NCBI GenBank assembly: GCA_043804515.1
Contig: JAZDIZ010000057.1
Location: 1-14,621, forward strand
Source of the DNA: Pseudomonadota bacterium
Lineage (GTDB): Bacteria > Bdellovibrionota_G > JALEGL01 > DATDPG01
DNA: 14,621 nt
Direction of reading: 5' to 3'
Below the pieces are notes generated by a model, which ran no database searches, was not told the DNA's origin, and saw only the letters and a program-made list of their open reading frames with translations. Shown here piece by piece: positions 13,597-14,621 of this stretch. Both the position numbers and the translations under genes were made by a program. Numbering within the stretch: position 1 is the first letter of the stretch; every line of letters starts with the position of its first letter.

Positions 13597-14621
13597 TTAG
13601 GCAGCCGCGGCTTGCGCCGGCCGTCGTTCCCGCTCGAACTTGTTCCACGACTTCACGCCGAATAAAGAAGCGATCGATCCCATGAACCGGGCGATCGAAA
13701 GGATCTGGCGGAAGCCCAGGTATTCCGCGGCGGAGGAAATCGAAAGGCGGAAGATGTCGATCGGCCGATATGTTTCGTAACTGGCGTCGAACAGCGCCAG
13801 AGCGGCTAGCGAAAGAAGCGACGTGAGCCCCGCCGAGCAAAGCAGGAACAATCCCAGGGCGTTGAAATCCAGCAGGCCGAACGCCCAGCCGATCGGGACG
13901 AGAAGGTAGCTGAAAAGTTCGATCCAGGGGCCCAGGACTTCGGCCAACAGAAAGTACGGAGCGCCCAAAAGCCCGGTGGTGCCGTATCTTGGATTGAAAA
14001 GCATCTTGAAATAATGAAACGAAACCTCGTTGGTGACCCGTTGCCACCGGTGGCGCTGCAGGTACAGGGCGTACGTCTTGGAAGGAGCTTCGGTCCAGCA
14101 GACGGGGTCGGGCAGAGAGAGGATCTGGTACGGGATCTTCGCCCGGCGAAAATGCTGGTGCACACGGAACGTCATCTCGAGGTCGTCGCACGAGAAATCC
14201 CTGCGGAAGCCTCCCATATCGATGAGAACGTCCCGTCTCCACAGGCAAAAGGCGCCGGAAACGCACATGTTGTAATTGGCCCGGCTCCAGCTGAGGCGGT
14301 TCACGAGAAACGCCCGGAGATATTCCAGGACCTGAAGGTTCGGCAGAATCTGATTTGAGGCCCGGTAGTTCCGGATCTCCCCCTCGCGGATATCCAACCC
14401 GTTCGAAATTCCGATCGTGCTGCCCACTCCCACCACTTCCTTCGGGTTCCGCAGGGCCAAACGAACCGTCTTTAAAATCGCATCTTTCTCGAGAACGGTG
14501 TCGGCGTCCACGAACAGGACGTAACGGTGCCGGGAGAGGTTCAGGCCGACGTTTACGGCATCCGCGTGTGTTTTCCCGTTGGCTTTGTCCGCCACGATCA
14601 GATTGGGGTGATTCCTGGAAC
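13597..14621 (-). CDS. GT2 processive glycosyltransferase (PgaC/IcaA-like), 5' part outside the window
   Basis: FVDADT (DxD), QVLEYLRAF, VSGAF, CDDL, WTEAP, QRHRW (QxxRW) and C-terminal TM helices. The frame is open to the window edge. Confidence 0.88.
   Translation of the reverse strand, partial: SRNHPNLIVADKANGKTHADAVNVGLNLSRHRYVLFVDADTVLEKDAILKTVRLALRNPKEVVGVGSTIGISNGLDIREGEIRNYRASNQILPNLQVLEYLRAFLVNRLSWSRANYNMCVSGAFCLWRRDVLIDMGGFRRDFSCDDLEMTFRVHQHFRRAKIPYQILSLPDPVCWTEAPSKTYALYLQRHRWQRVTNEVSFHYFKMLFNPRYGTTGLLGAPYFLLAEVLGPWIELFSYLLVPIGWAFGLLDFNALGLFLLCSAGLTSLLSLAALALFDASYETYRPIDIFRLSISSAAEYLGFRQILSIARFMGSIASLFGVKSWNKFERERRPAQAAAA

Noticed and set aside
10435..14621. NodIJ plus NodC-like GT2 as a Nod-factor/chito-oligosaccharide system
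   Set aside because: The genes are separated by pepE and an oppositely oriented gene, no nodA/nodB is visible, and NodIJ-like exporters are widespread.

Overview
A GC-rich bacterial window, mostly housekeeping genes. The lipoprotein content and sigma-54 promoters suggest a Bdellovibrionota/Myxococcota-like diderm (inference only). It contains three tRNA genes (Ser-CGA, Arg-ACG, Ser-GGA), tadA divergent from its substrate tRNA-Arg(ACG), glucose-6-phosphate isomerase, a PMI-type cupin, an Mpg glycosylase, an outer-membrane beta-barrel, a TPP riboswitch-thiN-SSS transporter operon, a NodIJ-like ABC exporter, pepE and a partial GT2 glycosyltransferase. The unusual structure centres on the two tRNA-Ser genes. 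They share an ungapped 85-bp upstream element built partly from tRNA-Ser pieces. One abuts a truncated tyrosine integrase. The other is followed by a 186-bp hairpin-rich element ending in a 21-bp copy of the tRNA 3' end, then by a ~3.1-kb islet closed by a degenerate third copy. That islet holds two divergent lipoprotein genes behind mirror-image sigma-54 promoters that share a tandem GTCA-N13-TGAC enhancer-like site. The TadA naturally has Asn at the position aligned with E. coli D108.
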